A DNA stretch of 62,879 nucleotides, filler included, from Basidiobolus meristosporus CBS 931.73 (GCA_002104905.1; 3 parts of 3 records of this genome joined end to end with filler, not necessarily neighbours in it); one strand, 5' to 3'. Shown: positions 37,790 to 51,754, counted from the first letter of the whole stretch. Numbers and translations are program-made. The notes: generated from the sequence alone by a model not told the origin.

Positions 37790-38950
37790 ATTAAAAACTT
37801 TATTTTGCAGCAATGTGCTGTATCCATCCTATAAAACTAAACTTGGCAACTAATACACATGTTTCAATGTAGTTAACTCTTATTGCTAAAGAGTATTCTA
37901 GGGCACAAGTCTTTCTTTGTAGCTTTCATTGTACCAACAGCCTTGCAACTTGTTTGGAAAGCCTATCTGCATCCAATTGATTTTTAGTTAATTGGTAATT
38001 TGATCAATTCCTATTTTTGATTCTCTATCATTGTCTAATACTATTCAATCCTTGCGGATCTATAAAGCTTTGTCTGGAGGCTATTTAATGACTTTTTATT
38101 TTCTGGGGCTTGTCAATATGTACAGAATAAACATAGGCTAAGTTTGTACACTACTTGATGTAATTGATTGGCCCATTTTTTGTCTGGTTGGAGCTCCTGG
38201 TTTGTAATATTAGAATGATCACTTTGGGATGAATCTGGGCACTGACTCAAGCTGAACTGCACTTGTAGACAGCCTGGAGCTCATCAATATGGATTGAATA
38301 GGCATAAGCTAAGCATGAACACTCAATAGTATAGAATTAGTGCTCTTGTGGTTCAGTTGGAACTCCTAGCTTGCAGTACTGGAACAATCATTTTGTGGAT
38401 ATTCCTAAGTAATAATGCAGTCTGAACCATGGTTGCATACGGTCTGTGGCTCATCAATATGGAACAAATAGGCATAGTCTAGTTTGGTACCCTCATTGAT
38501 ATCAAAATTAGTGCACTTTCTGGCACAGTTGGATATCCTGGCTTGTAATACTGCATGATCCCTTCTAGCATATTCATGGGAACTGATTTAGGCTGATTCA
38601 TAGCTATTTAGTCCTCTGGAGAAGAGAAGCCTTACCTGCTTTGCTCTAATTCAGTCCTGATTATTGGTGAACTTGAATTCAGATTTTGTCAGCGTTGGAT
38701 GGAATTTTTGTGAGCTTTTGAGTCTTCCACTAACAAAACATACTTGGACTTGATCAGCTTTTTAGCTTTGGCATTTCAGATTTGTATGCCTACCCACATT
38801 GCAGAAGCCCAAAGTTCTGCATTTTATACCTATTGGCTTGTAATTTGACTGATTTTTAGACAGTTTCTTGGTATTTGCTGAGGTTTCTAGGTGATTATCT
38901 TGCTAAATAAGATAGGTAAATACTTTGGTGGAATCAGAATTATTTGCAAG
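37790..38950 (-). mobile_element. Copia IN/RT relic with a triplicated IN-RT linker (~38105-38615)
   Basis: Aligns to ~14150-14950; the ~170 bp unit GCTCATCAATATGGA..ATAGGCATA.GCTA.GTTTG occurs three times. Confidence 0.78.
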
Positions 38951-39544
38951 ATGTAAGCTTAGAGATCATGCATAAAGAGAAGTAATTAGGTTGGCTGAAT
39001 AAGGAAGTGAGATAGTGAGCCAGTTTATGGGATAGTACCATTCAAACAAGACAAATGGGACTAAACTAAAACAAGGCTGGTAGACAGTAGCTAAGTAGAC
39101 ACTATGGGAGCAAGAACATCTGTCTCTGAGTGTTGCAATAGCCCCACTGCACCACACTAGGTGGGGTCTTTTTGTTGGATGGCGCCATATAGTGCCAGCC
39201 TGCTTATAGTGCTAGACTAGATTGGAACACTGTGGCACTATCTGACCCAAAAATCTTTGCCATTGAGCTAGTGATAGGATGCACTTATGGTTAAATCTAC
39301 TCAATCTCACCTGTATTCTCAGGTTAGTATATTTCTTGCATTGTTTACTCTCCACAATGCCCCAAACACATTGCCCTTGGTGGGGGACATCTTGTAAGAA
39401 ATTACTGCAAATTAGTAAGTTTCTTGACTACTTCTCTAATTCTGATTTTGCCCTGCACATTTGATTTTCCTCAGTGTTATCTTGCCAAAATGTTTAACCA
39501 TTTTAGGCATCCAAATGCATGATAAGATCCTGCTCTGAAATGAT

Positions 39545-42500
39545 TGATATGGTCTACTGGTTGAATGTTTCAGTTGGATCAGTTTTAATCAAATCAATCA
39601 GTTTTATGGTTAGCCTATTGATATATTGGCATTATCTATCAAATCAGTAGCATTAGTCAGCAAATGCTTAAGCAGATCCTTATCCAACAGAAGTATATGT
39701 ATTTAGAAGGATCAAATTGGGTGATGATGATGCAATCAAATGAGTCATCAGCCATAACCTATATTAGGAAATAAAATTAGTCAGCAACTAATCTGGCAAA
39801 ATGTAAATAAGGAGCTGCGGGAACCTGAATGAAAATTAGTTCAAGTTTTAGTGAATACAATATTAGCTGAACTCCCTCTTCCTCTGCAACTCCTACATCA
39901 ACACTTTTAACATTGTTAGCAGCAATAAACAGAAACCTCCCTACTGAAGAAAGGAGAAGCCTCCCTCTAGATGGCAAAAAATCAACAGTGGAAGTATGCC
40001 ATGCTGCAAATCCTGGCACAACAGAAACAGTTACTCCAGATCCTGTCACAAGCAACCTTAGTGGGAAGGTCAGCCAGTACCATGGTAGAGTCAATGAAAA
40101 CCTGGGAACTTGGCACTTCCAGATTGCAGAAGCTTTCAAGGCTAAGGGAATTGCTCCAGTGAGCAAGTTGCATTATGCAGCTTCTTACTTGGCAGATGCA
40201 GCTTAACAGTATTACCACAGCAAGATTAGGTCAGCCACTATGATGTCTTATGATCTGCCGGTTCAATGTTTAAGTAAGATCAGTTTCTGGTTAAATCAAT
40301 TAGTTATATGCTTAGGTTATCAGTATATCAGTATTATCTATCAAATTAGTAGCATTAGTCAGCAAATAAATCAGCAGATCCTTATCAGACAGATATAGAT
40401 ATATTATGTAGGATCTTATTGGGTGATGATGATGCAGTCAAATGAGTCATCAGGCACAGCCTACATTAGGAGATTCAATTAGTCAGCAATTGATCTGGCA
40501 AAATATATATAAGGAGCTGTTGGAACCTTAATAAAGATCAGTTCAAGTTTTAGTGAATACAGTACCAGCTAAACTCCCTATTTCTCTACAACTCTTATAC
40601 CAAGACTTGTAACAGATGGAATGCACTACAATCTTTACCTGGAATGAGTTTGTGTCAGATATTCAGGATACTTTTGAACCCCCACACCAGCAGACACTAC
40701 TGAGAAGCAAGCTTGAGACACTGTGACAGAAAGAAATGGCTCAACAATACATCTATCAGTGTAGATGTCTACCTCCACAAATTGAGCAAACGTACGCCCT
40801 GGATCAAGTTCAATACTATATTGATTGGTTGAAGGAAAGAACTTGCAAGGAAGTGAATTATTGGAGATCTCAGACTATTGGAGAAGCTATGAAGATTGCC
40901 ATTCACTATGACTTAGCTATGTTTGGAGTTGGGAAGCTCACAATAACTAATCAGAAAGGCTACAGTTGCTATGAAAGAAGACAATCAGAGTCAGTCCAAT
41001 GGAAATAGATAATATGCAGAGGAATCCCACCTCAGAAGAATGTGAGAAGAAAGGACTTTGCTTTAATTGCCACCAGTAAGGAGAAATTGCAAAGTATTGT
41101 CCTCAGAGAAGAAATAGGTGCCAGTCATCAAGAACCTTCAACCATATTGAAACCCTTGAACATAGTAACATGGTCAATGAGCTTGAAGAAGACTCAGAAC
41201 TCACCTTCCATATGATCAAAGAATACCTATCCTAAGTGACCTCAAACTCAGCAAAGTTATTATACTTGAATGGAGTATTCAATGGAGTACCTGCCAAAAT
41301 CATGATTGACTCAGGAGCATTGAGCAAGTATATGTCAGAGAAATTTGCTTTAAAGACTGAAATCAGCTTGGAACCTGCCAAATCAACTTCAATATCAATA
41401 GCAGATGGGAACTCTCACATAATCAACTGTATTACTCTGCCAGTAAGAACAAAGAACAGTGACTATGAAGAAGGCCTACAGGCCTCTATATTTGGTAATT
41501 GCAAGTTTGACCTTGTACTTAGAAAGCCTGGCTATTCTGTTGTAATCCATCTATCAACTGAAGAACCCATGCTACTCTGATCCAGAAGGATTACAAGACA
41601 TTTAAGCAAATACCTGCCAGACTGGATTTCAACTTGGTCAATTCCAGTGTGTGTGATGCAAGTGAGCTTAGCAAGACGCAGTTCTGTTGAGCACCTAGAA
41701 AAAGTACCCATATATCCCTTGTGATGGTATTATGAGAGGATTCCTCTACTCCAGCACCCCAGAAGGTCCAGACTCTTTTGAAAGAATATTCAGAAGTTTT
41801 TCCAGTTGAAATTGTAATCCTGCCCCCAGTTGGAGATGTAGATCATGCCATTGACACAGGAGATGGCCCCCCAGTGAGGAAGATACCTTGCAAAATGAGT
41901 CCATCAGAGTGGGAGGAGATGAAGAAACAAGTAGACTAGTTATTGGAGCAAGTATATATTAGACCCAGCAAGTCACCTTGGGGAGCACCAGTACTATTTG
42001 TGAAAAAAAAGAATGGAACACTTTGGATGTACAGACTACAGAGCCCTCAGCTCAGTAACCATGACAAATACTTACCCTGTACCTTGGATTGATGAGCTTT
42101 TGGATCAATTCAACAGAGCTACCATATTCAGCATAATTAACCTTGTGTCATGATATAACCAGATTAGGGTGAAACCTGACAACATCCCTATGACAGCATT
42201 CAGAACCAGATAAGGACATTACAAATACTTAGTCAGGAGATATGGCCTATCCAATGCCCATACAACACTCATGACCTTGATGCAAACAGTCTTCCAGGAG
42301 TACTTCAACAAGTTTGTGGTAATCTACCTTGATGACATATTGATATACAGCAAGGCAGAATAGGAACACTTGATGCGCATTCAAATGCTCTAGAAGCAGC
42401 TAAGAGAGAACAAGCTGTAAGGCTAGCTAGCAAAGTGTGAATTCTTGAAGGATCATATTGAATACCAGGGAAACATAGTGACTAGTACAGAATTGACCTT

Positions 42501-44789
42501 GAACCCCAAGAAGATTGAGGTCATCTAGAATCTGAAGTGGCCCATGGCATATTGGAACTCAGATCATACTTTGGAATGGTTTCCCATTATTGGAGATTTG
42601 TCAAGTCCTTTGCCAGTATTGCAGCACCTTTAACTGATATTCTCATGAAAGATAACACCATGAAGTGAGACATAGCCTGTGAGACTGCCTTTCAGATGCT
42701 TAAGCATAAACTTGCTAAGTTGCCAAGCTTAAGAATTCCAGACTTAAGAAAAGAGTTTACTTTGTGCACCAATGCTTCAAACTATGCAATTGGCAGAGTA
42801 CTGAGTCAAGAACATGAGGGACAAGACCATCCAGTTGCTTTTGGGTCCAATCAACCAAACTCAGCAGAACAAGACTATTCAGTGCATGAGAAGGAGATGC
42901 TTACAATAATACACTGCTTGAAGACCTGGAGATGTTACATCAAAGGAGTCAGGTGCACTGTGAAGACTGATCACACCTTCCTCAAGTATATATTTACTCA
43001 GAAGGTATTCTCTAGAAGAACAACAAGGTAGAGTGCATATATAGCAATTTGACTTGGATATAGTCTACTGCGCTAGGAAAAACAACATGGTTGCTAATGC
43101 CTTATCAAGACTAGAACAAGTTGCACAACTCAACTTCATGCATGAATCCAATTGGCATTGCCTTTTGCCAAAGTACTTCAAGGACCAAGCCATTCCTGAT
43201 GTGGTGAATGAAGAGATCAAGAAGATAACCCAAGATGAAGCCAGCATATATGTAGTACAGGCTGAAACACTTAAGAATTGCTGATGGAAAAACTATTGCC
43301 TATTGCCCTTATGTTGCTTGCCTGGATCTAATACATAAGATTCACAATGGATATGGACATCTTGGAAGTGAAGGAGCCTATAGCCTTGTGAAAGCCAGAA
43401 CATGGAGGCCCAGAATGCAAACAAGATAATAAGAAGCTAGTGAAAACATGCCCAAGTTGTCAAATCAACCAATATTGACCACAGAGAATTGCTGAACTCT
43501 TTCCCTTAGAACTTGCGAGACTGTTTGAATGATAGGTAATTGAGCTTATTAGAAAACTGCCAACCACCAGAAAATGCAACCATTGGATCCTAGTAGCAAT
43601 TGACCTTACCACTAAATGGCCAGTGGTCAAAGTAGTACCTGCAGTCGGTGAGCAAGAAGTTGCATGTTTCATATATCATGAGATCCTTATGAAGTTTGGA
43701 TGCCCTGTGGATACTTTATCCAGTAGAGGAGCAAACTTTATCACAAAGACATTGCAAGCTTACCTGGAAAAGCAGCAGAAAGAATGTTTGAATCCTTAGC
43801 ATATCACCCCAGAACTAATGGAGTTATTGAGCGGTTTAATGAATTATTTGGAAAAATGCTGGCTAAGTTTGCAAATGGAGCTGTCAGTACATGAGAAGCA
43901 TATATAGACCAAGCACTTTTTGGATGCATAGTTACAGTGCACAACACCACCCAACAATTGCCATTTAACTTAGTGTATGGATATGAACCAAGGATTCCTG
44001 GAGATCTCACACAACCAAAGCTTACAAACACCTTAGAAGATGAGCTCAGTCAGCCAAGTAGACACCAGCAGCTGGAACAAAGACATCAACAGGCACAGAC
44101 CACAGTATCTTAAAGTGCAGAAAAGATAAAGCAGAGATTTGATAAGACTACATCACCAGTAGCATTGACAGTTGGGAACTTTGCATTACTGAGAAACAAC
44201 ACTCAAAAGAGGGCTCAGACACAAGGGACAGGACCATTTAAGATCATCATAAAGTGTCCGTTTGCAACTTACCATCTTGTAGACAAACAAGGGAATATTG
44301 GGGAAGATTTAGTTCATTAAGACAGATTCAAGTTTGCAAGACTTGCTAGAAATACTCAACCATCAAGATATTGGTATCACAAGAAAAGAGATTCCAGCGG
44401 ACCCTCTCAACTTTAGTTAGGGAGATTATAATGATCTACTGCTTGAATGTTTGAGTTAGATCAGTGTTAGTAAATCAATTGTTTTATGTTTAGCCTATCA
44501 GTATATCAGTGTTTCCTATCAAATCAGTGGCATTTGTCAACAAATGAATCAGCAGATCCTTATAAGACAGGAAAATATTTATTAAATAGGATTTTACTTG
44601 ATGATCATTCAATCAACTATGAAATTGGCCACAGCCCTTATTAGGAAATATTGTTAGTCAGCAATTGATCTGGCAAAATGTATATAAGGAGCTGCTGGAA
44701 CCTCAATCAAAATCAGCTCATGCTTTAGTCTTTACAATACTAGCTAAACTTCCTATTCCTCTACAACTCTTATATCAAAACTTGTAACA
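39545..44789 (+). mobile_element. Two-LTR Ty3/Gypsy element of family L1 (LTRs 39545-39912 and 44427-44789), degenerate
   Basis: PBS-like TTGTTAGCAGC after the 5' LTR; gag (39913-41008); protease KIMIDSGA (41236-41580); RT ([15 protein letters not shown]; VVIYLDDILIYS); RNase H (LCTNASNYAIG, 42696-43031); integrase HHCC/core; purine-rich AGTTAGGGAGAT before the 3' LTR. The TSDs do not match (TGAT/TACT). Confidence 0.87.
40246..40614 (+). mobile_element. Solo L1 LTR inserted into the gag of an L1 element; 4-bp TSD GATG
   Basis: GATG at 40242-40245 and 40615-40618; removing the LTR and one TSD copy restores gag ...SATMMECTTIFTWNEFVSDI. Confidence 0.9.
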
Positions 44790-45079
44790 TACTTAATAAT
44801 CTCATAGTAGCTCTTTTGCTTTGTGTTGGCCCCCCATTCCTTGGATTCCTATCAGCTATAATACTTCCAATTCTCTGCCAATCATCTCTTAAGTGTACCA
44901 GGTCTGCTAAATATTACCTCCTTCTATCAAATTATGGATGGTTCTCTATCCATTTTGCTGTATCATGCTTATATCTAGCAAGTGGCCAACTAAACTAGGT
45001 GAAGTTACCCTGAATGGCAGACAGTGCTTCAAACCTTAGACAGTTAGCCTTGTATTTGCCAGAATAAAAATGTCTCACA

Positions 45080-45900
45080 GAAAAATCTAATATAACATGG
45101 TAGTGCTAGACTGTATCTTTATGCAAAAGCCTAAGAATCAAATGATATTAAAGATCCATGAAGCCTTTGTGTGCAATGATGAAAAGTTGTCTAATACTCA
45201 AGAGGCTTTAAAAGGTGTAGCACTATATTGCCTCATAGCCAGCATACCATTTATCATCAGGAGCTAAAGGTTGAAAGGAATGTTCTTGATCAGTTCCATG
45301 AGCAAAATCATGAATTTAAACAACAGATTTTGGGCCAGCATTGTAATACTCAGAGTATATCAAGAATAGCAGAAACTAGCAAAGGCAGAAGAGCAAGGTT
45401 GCCATAGCCAAAGACCAGTGGCCTCCTCAAGTGCCTGCTACCAGCAGGCCCAAGATCTCTAAGTAGTTGGCAAAGAAATGTCAGGTTCCCTAAAGAGTAC
45501 CAGTGAGGGACCATGAGCCAAAACAGATGCACTAGTGCAATATTTCTCAAGGGAGAAGCATGGTTCCATGCAAGAAGCACCAGGTTCAAGTAGCAGCCAA
45601 GTACCTGCCATATATGAAAACTAGCGGCTTCCTCAGGGGCCTGTCACAGTCTGGGCTGAAAGCTCAGATTTAGCCTCAAAGAAATGCAAGTTTGCCACAA
45701 AAGTTGTGGTAAGGGATATTCAGGCAGAAACAGATGCACCAGTGGAGCATTTATCAATGAGTAAATGTAGTTTAATACAACAAGCACTCAGACAAAGTAG
45801 TAGTGAACAGACATGCAGTGGTAAAGGAAAAGCCAAAGTGAAGTAATTCTATCATGTTGTAAGAATCTTGGAGATATTGCCAGTATTTGGAGAGCAAGTA
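45080..45900 (+). mobile_element. Further degenerate copy of the accessory ORF
   Basis: MQKPKNQMILKIHEA..RFWASIVILR motif; aligns to the reverse complement of ~3150-3750. Confidence 0.68.
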
Positions 45901-46454
45901 TACTATGTGGCTCTCACTTAGTGATTTACTGAGTGTAGTAACAGTATTTTGACTCTTACATGATCTTGGCATATATTATCATATTAAATATGGAAACTAC
46001 AATGGAATTGCTGAGTTCTTAATTTTGCTGAGGCACAATTTTAATTTTGTTAAGACACAAACTAAACCAAAAGGTTCAGTAAGCTTTATTTGTACTTTTC
46101 TGATTGAGTTGCATTAGTAAGCACCAAGAGACTGGACTAATTGAAATATGTTGGGGTGTTGATAGGTGCATCAGATATATGAAAAATTGCATCATTGATT
46201 AGCTGATGTCTTGGCAACTGCTAAGTGGTTGGATAAATCTCAGATGACTAATCACATTGAAAGGCTGAGCAGATCAGTTGAGGATGTAATGACCAAATGA
46301 GAATTGATCAGGTGTGATAGCTAAAAATGAATTCTGAGAAGTGATAAAATAAACCATGACAGGGATTAGTTATGTTTGGGTTAGGGAAAATCAGTTAGGG
46401 TACTAGATTTTCTAACGGAGTGAGATTGGCCAAGTTTTAAATGCTGATGCACAA

Positions 46455-49400
46455 CAAAAAGGCTGTCACAAATTTAAAGTCCCGTGACTAAGAAGTACTG
46501 ATCCTGTCAGGACACCATCCAGAGATGATTGAAAAATAATTGCACCCCAGATTTCACAAAAAACTTAGTCAAAATTTTTCATTACACCATTATTTGAGTG
46601 GCTTTTATTTGGTTCTCTGCCAACTTTCCCACTTTGTGGACCCAGACACTCTGTCACCTCCTGCATTTGTGTGCATTGATTGGCTAATGCTTCTTCTTCA
46701 CACTCCTTACTTCCTGACTCAGCCATATCTCTTACTTTTCATGCATACAAGTTGATTCATTTCAAATGCACTTAAGGGCTTCACAGATCTTCAATGTCTT
46801 TTGATTTTCAGGCTTTGATATTAATGCTACGTTTTCTCACTCCCATGCTGTGATAGGTTTTTCTGCAGGCTTAATCTTTGGGCACAAGTGTTGTGCTTCA
46901 AAGACTGTACAGTGCTCCTCTGCTGTTAGATTTGGAAGTGGCTCAATTCTTGGCTGTGACATTGAGCATTCTGAGTTCCTTCTTTGCAGCAATGACTCTG
47001 CATTTTCTACCTGGGATATTGATTACTCTACATGGTTTGTCTGCTCATCCTGTGTCTGGACTATTTCCTGATTGCTCTGTGCTGTTATTTCTATTCTATC
47101 AGCCACTGCATCCAATTGCCTCATTGATGCTTTGGTATGAGCCAACAACATACATGCCAATATGGGTGGTGATGATTTTATGATGTTCATTTGCTGATCT
47201 TCAACTGATGGTATTGCTTTTGCTACATTCTAACTCACCTCAGCATTAGGGTCAGCTTGCAGCTCTGCTGAGATTTCCAACTGCCTATGTGACTTAGAGC
47301 CTGAGGAGTATGTAAAATCACCTTCTGTGGGTACACTGTTCACAGGTCTTTGTTGTTTCTGTCCCTGCTTATTGCACAGGATGTCAAAGTAAGCTGTTAT
47401 CCCACTGCTCTTCTGCTGCTATCAGCAGTGAGGTTTGGTTGGGCACAAGACAACTTTGCTTCATTTTTTGGCAGTATATATATGGAAGTGAGTCAGACCA
47501 AATGGGAAATAGTGTTTCATATATGTGTGCATATGGTGCCACAGCTTTATTTATTGTGCTTACAATAGCAGGTCATCATTGAATTCTACATTCATGAAGG
47601 CTCCATATCTTATACACAAGAGTGTCTTAAATTCACCTGAGTATTCACAAAAAAATGACATAGTGCAATACATTGTTGAGTATCAAACTGTTCACCCATG
47701 GACAGGACTACATTGACTCAACACCATAATAGAAGAGAAAAATAACATATAGCTATTGTAGCAAGCCTCTCAGGCATGAAACATGCTGACAGCATAGGTA
47801 GTATTACAAGGATTACGGCCAGCATTTTGCCCCAAGAGTCATATTTGTTCAATCATCAGTCACTACTGTATTAAAGTATGTTGTTAGCCACCTAATACTT
47901 CTATAATGTTACATGGCTGTACTTGCCTCCTTGTGCAAACTGAGTCAGGTGAGTTTTTGACACCCTTAGGCTCACCCCAGCCTTCTGAATATGGCACACA
48001 GAGTGAAAGCTCTGAAGAAGAAGGCTCACTGATGGATTGTGAGCCTATCTACCCTTCCAACAGTACCCTGCATGAGCCTTGCAAAATCCCATTGTGCAAT
48101 ACAACAATACCAATGGATAAATATGCTGAGGACACTTTATGGAGTCAAGTAAGCCCTGTAATAAATCTGCTGTTGAGCATTATTAGGTTATTGCTAGACA
48201 AGTGGTGTGTTGCCACTGAGATTAGTTATGGGCACTTCAAGGATTTATTACTACCCCTTGCCAAAGTCATCCTGGGATACAACCTACTGTGTATATGGTA
48301 CAAATGAACAACTGTTATGCAGCTGGCAAAATATGACCCAGAAACTCTCCTGATACCTGCATGCAATAAAAGTTGCATAGCATTCACATCAGTGAGTGCC
48401 ACCATTGCAAGGTGTCCAACTAGTCAGGAATCCACTACCATTGGGGAAAACATTGCTGACACTCTGGATATATTCCAGTAATGCCTTGTGTAATGAAGTT
48501 CATGCAGTCTAACAAGTATTTTGAAGCTATAAAGTACTACACCCAGTATCAATCAAGTGCAAGCATATCTGATATATTTGATATCGGACATTACAAACAG
48601 CTAAGCCACAAGGGCTGCTTTGATGGTATGTAAGACCATGTCTTTGCCTTAGCACTTGATGGATTCTCATTAAATAGTATCCCATCAGCAAATACTACTT
48701 GCCACTAATTCTTATCAACCTGAATCTGCCACCTCTCTGACAGTATTAGAGCAGAAACCTGATGGAGGTCTTGCAAGTGCCTGGGTGTAAATCACCATCC
48801 AAACTGGATAGCTTCCTGTATTCCATGCTGCATAAATTTTGTGAGCTTTCCAGTGGGATAGCAGTTAATGGCCATCATGTCAAAGTGCATATTGTTATTT
48901 GCATCAAAGATACCCCAGCCATCAGCAAGAAAGCCAGCATTTCCAGGAACAATGGATGGAATTGCTGTCAAATGTGAGAGATCTAGGGGGCCTAATCCAT
49001 AGCCATTAGCCAAACACCAAAACCAAGAACATCAACTTCTGGCAGAGAGAATGTACAGAAGTCAGCATTCAATTGCTGCAAAGTTGGCAAGCTAAAAGCC
49101 ACTGGCCAGAATCTGGAGTTAATAGAAAATCTGAGATACATAAGATAGGGGTTTTCTGTTGAAGCAAAAGCTTTCCACTGGGAGCAATGCATTTGCTTTT
49201 CAACACTATCCCATACTGATGACCAAGTTACACATGGGCATTTCAAGCTAAATGAGCCCTTCAAGATACTAGAAAAATCTGAAAGAGCTGGCAGGATATT
49301 ACAGAATACCTGCTACCCTAAATACTTCTCATAGGCTCCAATGAATATTCATATACATATACAACAATAGAAGTGCAAGGACTAGAAAACTGGATATGTA

Positions 49401-50997
49401 TTTATTCAGGTGGCCTACAGAAGTCATTTCTACCAAGAGTACATTGGAAACATTGGGAGTCATTTGTGGACATTGTAAGAATATATATCAGGAGGTGGAT
49501 CCCAAATGCCAATTTGACTCATTTGCAGCTTTTGTGCAAAGAGTTTGTAATGGGACTTGAGCAGTTATACCACAAACACAAAGCTAATTATGTAGATCTC
49601 TGCTGCTACTGTATACATCCTGGCTTCATCTTGCTTGGTGTGTGGAGAATATTGGCCCTTGCTTCACCTTTTGGGAGTGTCTTATGGAGCACATGTGTGG
49701 GGAGATAGGAAGATGAGTCAAGTTGCAGGTACTACCATATTCCAATCTCATCAAGAATATCACCCTCAAGTCAGTCATGGATGAGATGAGTTGACACATG
49801 TAGGATGGCTAGGAAGACTTGGGAAAAACTGAAGACAGATGTGCACATGGAGACACATATGCCTATGTCATAAAGAAGCTAAGTAGCCCCAATACATGTG
49901 TAATCAGTTAAGTAATACAATGTTGGGTTGGGTGCAACAAGTAACTAACTTTGATTGGGATAACTTTACTAAAATATGCTGGGTTTTTCTTAGTCATAAG
50001 CCAATTTCTACACTATTCAATACAGATCCACACAACAAAGAGCTACAGTGCACCTATAAGGGGGATTAGAATCCAACAGGGAGAAGATATATATCAGCTA
50101 AATACCAAAAAGTTCTTTGTGGATATTCAGGAGGTATTTATGGCAGAAGTGGTGGCAACCAAGCATTTATTTGCAAGATGTTTATACTATCAGCAATATA
50201 AGGTATATGGCAACTTGGTAAGTATCACACTAAAATGCCATAAAGTTGAGGTGATAGAAGTATGTCAATTGCAGCAAGTATGTGCATTTGTAGAGGCTAG
50301 TAAACAGGAGCCCACAGTTTTTTTGATTTGAACTATATGTGGAATACCCAATTTAGTAGTTGGTAAGCAATTAAAGAGGGTTGATGCTACAGTGCAATAT
50401 ATGAATTGTGCATGGGGAGGTAGAAAAAGGGAATACCATTTGATAAATTAGCAGGGTAGCATTATGCAGAACTAGCTGTAGGCCACCATACTGCTGTGAT
50501 AATACCATTAGAGGCTTGCAATAGACTTGTTCCATCATTCCAGCTGATCATAGTACCCAATAGTGCCATAGCATGCCAGATGGTGCCTGATCATGCCACA
50601 GAGTGCTAGATGGTGCCATACAGTGCCAATTTGGGATCAAAATTGACATGCATATGACCCTAAAATATCATATCAATAACAAAATATACAGCACTTTCTG
50701 GCACTATGATCAATGGCACAATGGAGCAAGTCTAGTGAGACCATCAAACACCGTCAATTTTTTTGCTATATCATGCAGTTGGATTTACTGGCCAGTTGGA
50801 TCCACTCAAGTAGTTGTAGATTGCACTAAGACCGCAACAATGCCATACCACCATTGGCAAAACACTGCCCTAACACTGTTGTGCTTTTTACTTTATTTGG
50901 TGGAAAAATTTGCAAAATGCCATTGTGATCCTGTTATAAGATTGCATAGAGGATCATAAATTCCAGGCTGCGGGTATTATAAAATTCTCCTGATGGA
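46455..50997 (+). mobile_element. Most complete copy of the EnSpm/CMC-like transposon: minus-strand accessory gene (~46455-47470, internally deleted), plus-strand transposase (~47740-50330), subterminal repeats and right terminus
   Basis: 47370-49320 aligns to 1-1960; continues with GGLQKSFLPRVHWKHWESFV..LCKEFVMGLEQLY (DUF4218-like position); repeated GTGCCA/TGGCAC motifs ~50550-50720; ends TCTCCTGATGGA. Confidence 0.78.
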
Positions 50998-51366
50998 ATT
51001 CTGATGGATGATGTGGATCAAATCCACCCATGAGACCAAATTGTTTTTCATAGACATAGTGGATGCTGGGCTGATGGATCTAAGCTTGGCTATGGGGGCC
51101 AAGGCCTCAGTGAAGCTCAGTCCTTTTGTTTTGGAGTGTCCTTGGGCCATATATGTATGTTTGTGTATTTCAGCAGTACTATAAGCCTTATATTTGGTCT
51201 TGAGAGCCTATGCACATTCAATTGATATTTGGGGTCTTTTTTTAGAGCTGGGGGCTCATCTATGTGGACTCAACTGGCATAAGCTACATTTGTACCATTA
51301 TTGAAGTAGTGCTTTGGGCAATATCTGATCTGGCTACATAACTGGCTTTGAGAAGATGGAAAGAAC

Positions 51367-51736
51367 TGCCACAAGTCATGGTATAATAGTTGTAGAAGAG
51401 TAGGGAGTTTAGATGGTATTGTATTCACTAAAACTTAAACTGATTTTTATTGAGGTTCCAGCAGCTCCTTATATACAATTATGCAAGTTCAGTTGCTGGC
51501 TAAGTGTATTTCCTAGTGTAGGTTGTGGCTGATGACTCATTTGATTGTATCATCATCACCTAATAAGCTCCTACTTTATATATCTATTCCTGTCTGATAA
51601 GGGTCTGCTGATTCATCTGCTGACTAATACCACCAATTTGATAGATAACACCAATATACTGATAGGCTAAACATATAACTAATTGATTTGACTAAAAACT
51701 GATCCAACTTATAAATCAAAGTGGTAGATCATAATA
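51367..51736 (-). mobile_element. Solo L1 LTR (flanks GAAC/GAGC, probable mutated 4-bp TSD)
   Basis: Reverse complement of 40246-40614 along its full length. Confidence 0.85.
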
Positions 51737-51754
51737 GAGCAATTCAGGAAAGTC

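Noticed and set aside
38105-38615. CRISPR-like periodicity here and at 18810-19529
   Set aside because: Units are 170-185 bp and derive from Copia sequence, with no unique spacers or cas genes; eukaryotic context.
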